A stretch of DNA of 62,548 nucleotides, taken from a virus. The stretch lies in the IMG/VR virus record IMGVR_UViG_3300045988_075790. One strand, written 5' to 3'. Under the pieces are notes generated by a model, which saw nothing but the letters and a program-made list of their open reading frames with translations, made no database searches and was not told the origin of the DNA. The translations under genes were made by a program, and so were the position numbers. Of this stretch, positions 58,503 to 62,548 are shown in pieces. How positions within the stretch are numbered: the stretch's first letter is position 1; the number at the start of each line of letters is the position of its first letter.

Positions 58503-58712
58503 ATGGCAACGAAAAACGCTGCTGCTGACACCGTGCAGGCCCCTGCTGAGGCCGAGTACACCGTCAGCGAGTTCGCAGCGAATTCCATGGCACTGTTTGG
58601 CGCACGGAAAGAGTGCGTTGAAGCTGCCATGAAGTCCGCAAATATCAAGAGCTGCCCTCTCTCCAAGGCAAAGGAGATCGTGGCAGCCTTTATGAGCAAG
58701 GAGGTCAAATAA
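58503..58712 (+). CDS. Hypothetical small protein preceding sheath
   Basis: 69 aa, SD taggagg. Confidence 0.5.
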   Translation: MATKNAAADTVQAPAEAEYTVSEFAANSMALFGARKECVEAAMKSANIKSCPLSKAKEIVAAFMSKEVK

Positions 58713-58713
58713 T

Positions 58714-60132
58714 ATGGCTGGAAGCTATACCCCCGGCGAGAAGAAGGTTCGCCCCGGTGCGTATTACCACATCGGCAAGACTGGCACCGGCGATACGGCT
58801 GGTGCAGTGAGCGGCGTGACCGCCGTTCTGTTCCGCGCAGACTTTGGCCCTCTCGGTGCTGCCGTTGAGCTGTCCTCTGATGAGGACTATACGGACACCT
58901 TTGGCGATGCTCTGACTACCGATGCCATCGCTCAGGCTGTGGCTGGTGGCGCAAAGACCATCGTTGCGGTTCGCGTTGGCACTGGCGGCACTGCCGCAAC
59001 CATCGACCTGAAGAGTAGCGGCGAAAGCCCTGCTGCTGCCGTTACCCTGACCGCGAAATACCCCGGTGCAAAGCCCCTGACCTGCACCGTCCGCAAGACG
59101 CTGGCTGATGAGAGCGTCAAGGAGTGCATCATCTATTCCGGCACCAAACAGGTGGAGAAGGTGGAGTTTGAGGCCGGTGCTGGCGAGGCTGGCGCACTGG
59201 TCGAGGCCTTTGCCGCTTCCAAGAACTTCATCGCAACTGCCAAGACCGGCCAGACCGCCAAAGAGCTGGCTGATGTATCTCAGACCCTGTTTACGGCTGG
59301 CACGAATCCCACCGTCAACAACGGTGCGTATTCCGACGCTCTGGAGCTGGTGGAGCCTTTCGAGATCAATACCCTGTGCGTGGACACTGAGGACAACGCC
59401 GTGCATCTTCTGGTGCAGTCCTTCATGTCCCGCATGATGGATGTCGGCAGCCTGATGACCGCGGTCGTTGCCGAGAAAAAGGGCACTGCTCTTGATGACC
59501 GCATGACCCATGCCGCTGCTTTCAATGACGAGCGCATGATGTACGTTCTGAACGCCTCCGCACAGTATGGTGATACCATGCTGGACGGCTATCAGACTGC
59601 TGCCCGGCTGGCCGGTCTGATCGGTGCGACTTCCGCAAGCTCCTCCCTGACCCACACCGTTATCAACGGCTTCTCTGGTCTGGGCGAGCCTCTGTCCAAC
59701 ACTCAGATCATCAAGGCCGAAAAGAAGGGCTGCATCGTGCTGAGCATGAACAAGTCCGGCCAGGTCTGGATTGACAGCGCAATCAACACCCTTGTCACCC
59801 CGCCTGCTGACCGTGACGAGGGATGGAAGAAGATTCGCCGCACCAAGACCCGCTACGAGCTGATTCGCCGCTGCAATACCACCAACGACAACATGGTTGG
59901 TAAGGTTGACAATGATAATGCTGGCCGCGCTGCCATTATCAGTGCCCTGCAGACCATTGTCGATGAGATGGTGGCCGAGAGCAAGCTGGTTTCTGGCACC
60001 GTTGCTCTGAACCCTGCGTATATCCCCAACGGTGACAGCGCATGGTTCCAGATTGATGTTATCGACAAGGATTCTGCCGAGCACATCTACACCGACTTCC
60101 TGTTCCGTTTCGCAACCACTGACAGCGAGTGA
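58714..60132 (+). CDS. Tail sheath protein (XkdK-like)
   Basis: 472 aa. 'GEKKVRPGAYYHIGKTG...' N-terminus. Followed by tube and chaperone genes. Confidence 0.85.
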   Translation: MAGSYTPGEKKVRPGAYYHIGKTGTGDTAGAVSGVTAVLFRADFGPLGAAVELSSDEDYTDTFGDALTTDAIAQAVAGGAKTIVAVRVGTGGTAATIDLKSSGESPAAAVTLTAKYPGAKPLTCTVRKTLADESVKECIIYSGTKQVEKVEFEAGAGEAGALVEAFAASKNFIATAKTGQTAKELADVSQTLFTAGTNPTVNNGAYSDALELVEPFEINTLCVDTEDNAVHLLVQSFMSRMMDVGSLMTAVVAEKKGTALDDRMTHAAAFNDERMMYVLNASAQYGDTMLDGYQTAARLAGLIGATSASSSLTHTVINGFSGLGEPLSNTQIIKAEKKGCIVLSMNKSGQVWIDSAINTLVTPPADRDEGWKKIRRTKTRYELIRRCNTTNDNMVGKVDNDNAGRAAIISALQTIVDEMVAESKLVSGTVALNPAYIPNGDSAWFQIDVIDKDSAEHIYTDFLFRFATTDSE

Positions 60133-60147
60133 GAGGAGGAAATCTAA

Positions 60148-60603
60148 ATGCGTAACACTTCTTCTGCGAGCGATTCCCGCCGCACCCGTTCTGGCAAGGA
60201 CGCTTCTGTCTATAACGAGAACGGCGTGATGGTGGCGTATATCGAAACCTTCAAATCCACTGTGAACTTCGCCAACTCCAAGTACAAGGTGCTGGGCGAT
60301 ATGCAGGAACACGCTACCCCCGGTAGCTATACCGTCACCCTGAGCTTCTCTGCCATCACCATTATGAGTGAGGAGTTCTTCACCGATGTGATGGCGGCCA
60401 TGGAAATCGGCGAATCTCCCCGCTGGAACATTCAGGGTGCTCTGGGTGGCCGCGATGGCGATGAGGAGCGCGTCATGTACCGTGACGTTCTGCCTGATGG
60501 CGATATCGACATCCAGAACTACACCGTGGGCGATACCATCAAGCGGCAGTTCAACTGCTTCGTCAACAAGCCCCCGAAGCTGGCAAGCCTGCTGGCCGCG
60601 TAA
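60148..60603 (+). CDS. Tail tube protein (XkdM-like)
   Basis: 151 aa directly after the sheath gene. Confidence 0.8.
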   Translation: MRNTSSASDSRRTRSGKDASVYNENGVMVAYIETFKSTVNFANSKYKVLGDMQEHATPGSYTVTLSFSAITIMSEEFFTDVMAAMEIGESPRWNIQGALGGRDGDEERVMYRDVLPDGDIDIQNYTVGDTIKRQFNCFVNKPPKLASLLAA

Positions 60604-60636
60604 GGCTGCATAACCTGATACCCGTTCCGTAACCCG

Positions 60637-60676
60637 CATGAGGGGAGGCAATGAGCTTCTCCTCATGTTTATTTTT
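60637..60676 (+). terminator. Intrinsic terminator/attenuator between tube and chaperone genes
   Basis: catgagggga-ggcaatgagct-tctcctcatg (10-bp stem with one G-U) followed by tttattttt. Confidence 0.65.
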
Positions 60677-60701
60677 ATATTATGACAAGGAGACATTTAC
60701 G

Positions 60702-61259
60702 ATGGCTGATTTTAAGAAAGGCGTTTCCCTTATGACTGATACTTCTGAAGCTGCTGTGCCTGAGGTCGATGATACTGAGTACACCGAGGATGAGGCCAAG
60801 AGCGTTATCAAGGCCAACGAAGAGAACTTCATTCAGGGCCTGATTGATGCCGCTGGCTTCAACGCAACCGAAACCCAGCGCATCGAGATCGCCCGTGAAG
60901 GCCGCCTCTTCTTTGCCTTCAACATCCACCCTCTGACCTCCACCGACTATAACCGCTGCAAAGAGAAGCACACCAAGTACGTCCGCAGCAAGCAGCTTGG
61001 CATGAAGCTGCCCGAAACCACCGACAGCGTGAAGTACCGCTCCGAGATTATCTATCAGGCCACTACTGAGGATGACCGCAAGAAGCTGTGGGGCAACAAG
61101 GCCATCTGGGATGCGCTGCTTGCACAGGGTCTGCAGATCATGGGGCCTCTGGATGTCATCGACTACTGCCTGAAGGCTGGCGAGAAAGACCGCGTCATTG
61201 ATGCCATCGACAAGCTGAGCGGCTTCGAGTCTGATTTGGAGGAAGTTGCAAAAAACTGA
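60702..61259 (+). CDS. Tail assembly chaperone (XkdN-like), short product
   Basis: SD aaggaga before ATG 60702. The track ATG 60651 lies inside the terminator hairpin. Confidence 0.75.
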   Translation: MADFKKGVSLMTDTSEAAVPEVDDTEYTEDEAKSVIKANEENFIQGLIDAAGFNATETQRIEIAREGRLFFAFNIHPLTSTDYNRCKEKHTKYVRSKQLGMKLPETTDSVKYRSEIIYQATTEDDRKKLWGNKAIWDALLAQGLQIMGPLDVIDYCLKAGEKDRVIDAIDKLSGFESDLEEVAKN

Positions 61260-61423
61260 TACAGTCCGGCGGGAAGCTGTGCCTGCTGCATCACATCTTC
61301 CAGCGTACCGGCATAACCCCTGACGAGTTCTATTTGAAGCCGCCCGGAGTGCAGACCTTTATGCTTGCCTCCATGCGGGTAGCCATTGAATCCATGCAGA
61401 AGGGAGGGGACGAAAATGGCTGA
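60702..61423 (+). CDS. Tail assembly chaperone, -1 frameshift product
   Basis: Slippery A_AAA_AAC at 61250..61256. The -1 frame is open for 56 codons (KLIQSGGKLCLLHHIFQRTGITPDEFYL...) to TGA 61421, overlapping the tape-measure ATG. That frame has no independent start near its 5' end. Confidence 0.7.
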
Positions 61424-62548
61424 AACAATCCGAATTGAAATCCCTATTGAAACCGTGGACAAAACCGACCCCGGTGTGTCCAATGCCACCAAAAAGCTGG
61501 GGAAGCTGGGAGATGCTGCTGATAAAGCTGGCCAGTCTGTTGATAGGAGCCGCGAATACGTCTCTAAATTCGATGAACAGGCCAGCAAAACCCAGCAGAA
61601 CCTTGCGAAGTGGGCCAAGGAAAAGTACCAGATTTATCTGGAGGCCAAAGAGAACATCTCTCCTGTTCTTGATACAATCGGTGGCGGCGTAAAATCTCTG
61701 GCAGGCAAGACGTGGAGCTTCACCCTGAAAGCTCTGGACTTCGCCACCACGCCGGTTAGAACCTTGCTGAACCTGTTGAAAAACCCCCTGCTTCAGGCGG
61801 GGGCGTTTTTTGGGGTAAGTCTGGGGCTGACCGATACCATCAACACCCAAAAGGACTTTGAGGCGGCCATGTCGCAAGTGCAGGCCACGAGCGGAGCTGA
61901 TGACGGTGAGCTGGAGCAGCTGACCAAAAAGGCTGAAGAGATGGGTGCGAACACCAAATTCACTGCTTCCGATTCTGCGGAGGCCATGAATTATATGGCC
62001 ATGGCCGGTTGGAAAACGGAGGATATGCTGGACGGCATCACCGGCATTATGCAGCTGGCCGCTGCTGCAAACGAAGACCTTGGCACGACCTCTGACATCG
62101 TGACGGATGCCCTGACCGCCTTCGGCCTGAAGGCTTCAGACTCTGGGCATTTTGCTGACGTTCTGGCACAGGCCAGCGCGAACGCGAACACGAATGTTTC
62201 CATGCTTGGCGAATCTTTCAAGTATGTGGCTCCTGTTGCTGGTGCCATGAAGTATTCCGTTGAGGATGTCTCGCTCGCTCTGGGCTTGATGGCGAATGCG
62301 TCCATCAAGGGTTCCATGGCTGGCACGTCACTGAAAACCTCCATCGCAAACATGGCGGCCCCTACGGATAAAATGCAGGGCGCTATGGACAAGTACGGCA
62401 TCTCCCTGACCAAGCGAAACGGTGAAATGAAAACCTTCCGTGAGGTGCTGGATATGCTGCGCACCCAGCTGGGCGGTCTGTCCGAAACTGAGCAGACCGC
62501 GGCTGCATCTACCATCTTCGGCAAAGAGGCAATGGCCGGTATGCTGGC
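61416..62548 (+). CDS. Tail tape measure protein, N-terminal part (runs off the window end, continues at 1..3329)
   Basis: Hand translation MAETIRIEIPIETVDK...FEAAMSQVQATSGADDGELEQLTKKAEEMGANTKFTASDSAEAMNYMAMAGW...SFKYVAPVAGAMKYSVEDVSLALGLMANASIKGSMAGTSLKT matches the TP901-type tape-measure core. No stop before 62548. Confidence 0.9.
   Translation, partial: MAETIRIEIPIETVDKTDPGVSNATKKLGKLGDAADKAGQSVDRSREYVSKFDEQASKTQQNLAKWAKEKYQIYLEAKENISPVLDTIGGGVKSLAGKTWSFTLKALDFATTPVRTLLNLLKNPLLQAGAFFGVSLGLTDTINTQKDFEAAMSQVQATSGADDGELEQLTKKAEEMGANTKFTASDSAEAMNYMAMAGWKTEDMLDGITGIMQLAAAANEDLGTTSDIVTDALTAFGLKASDSGHFADVLAQASANANTNVSMLGESFKYVAPVAGAMKYSVEDVSLALGLMANASIKGSMAGTSLKTSIANMAAPTDKMQGAMDKYGISLTKRNGEMKTFREVLDMLRTQLGGLSETEQTAAASTIFGKEAMAGML
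62494..62548. repeat. 55-bp terminal overlap identical to 1..55 (circular assembly closure)
   Basis: agaccgcggctgcatctaccatcttcggcaaagaggcaatggccggtatgctggc is present at both ends. Confidence 0.95.

Overview
The window is a complete, circularly closed genome (about 62.49 kb unique) of a temperate phage with a contractile tail. Positions 1-55 are identical to 62494-62548, and the tape-measure ORF reads in frame across that junction. GC content and gene families suggest a Clostridia-type Firmicutes host, but this is inference only.

Almost all genes are on the + strand. Only the lysogeny block (integrase, ImmA-like protease, XRE repressor) and one HTH moron gene are on the - strand.

Gene order:
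- PBSX-like tail and baseplate (tape measure, LysM/XkdP-, XkdQ-, XkdR-, XkdS-, XkdT- and XkdU-like), then tail-fibre genes.
- A diversity-generating retroelement (VR/TR/RT).
- XkdW/XkdX-like genes, an M15 endolysin and a holin.
- A moron block, a candidate attP, and int/ImmA/XRE.
- First early operon (18.9-27.1 kb): small genes, a MazF-like toxin, Lar, an ASCH protein, a lipoprotein.
- Second early operon (27.2-44.2 kb): Bet/RecT, SSB, a DnaD-like organizer, a G39P-like loader, DUF551 paralogs, methyltransferases, RecU, a late-regulator-like gene.
- A 0.9-kb non-coding structured region plus tRNA-Trp.
- Late promoter, then ParB-like, GT-A-like and radical SAM genes, terminase, portal, MuF-like, XkdF-like, scaffold, decoration, major capsid, neck, sheath, tube, and a chaperone with a -1 frameshift.

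Main items for follow-up:
1. A textbook-quality DGR on the tail-fibre tip, with no Avd gene and no canonical start codon for the RT's conserved N-terminal segment.
2. A promoter-driven, ORF-free structured region of about 880 nt with tRNA-like modules next to tRNA-Trp. It may be a ROOL/GOLLD-type large ncRNA.
3. Two copies of a consensus promoter/operator, each followed about 0.65 kb later by the same three-hairpin RNA element. The layout resembles nut/put antitermination sites.
4. A protein with RAMP-like glycine-loop motifs, followed by a 430-bp degenerate-repeat non-coding region.
5. A G9 tract that splits a methyltransferase-like gene.
6. A ParB / GT-A / radical-SAM trio upstream of terminase.
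7. A candidate attP carrying a tRNA 3' end.

All coordinates and counts were derived by hand from the sequence. No database search was run.
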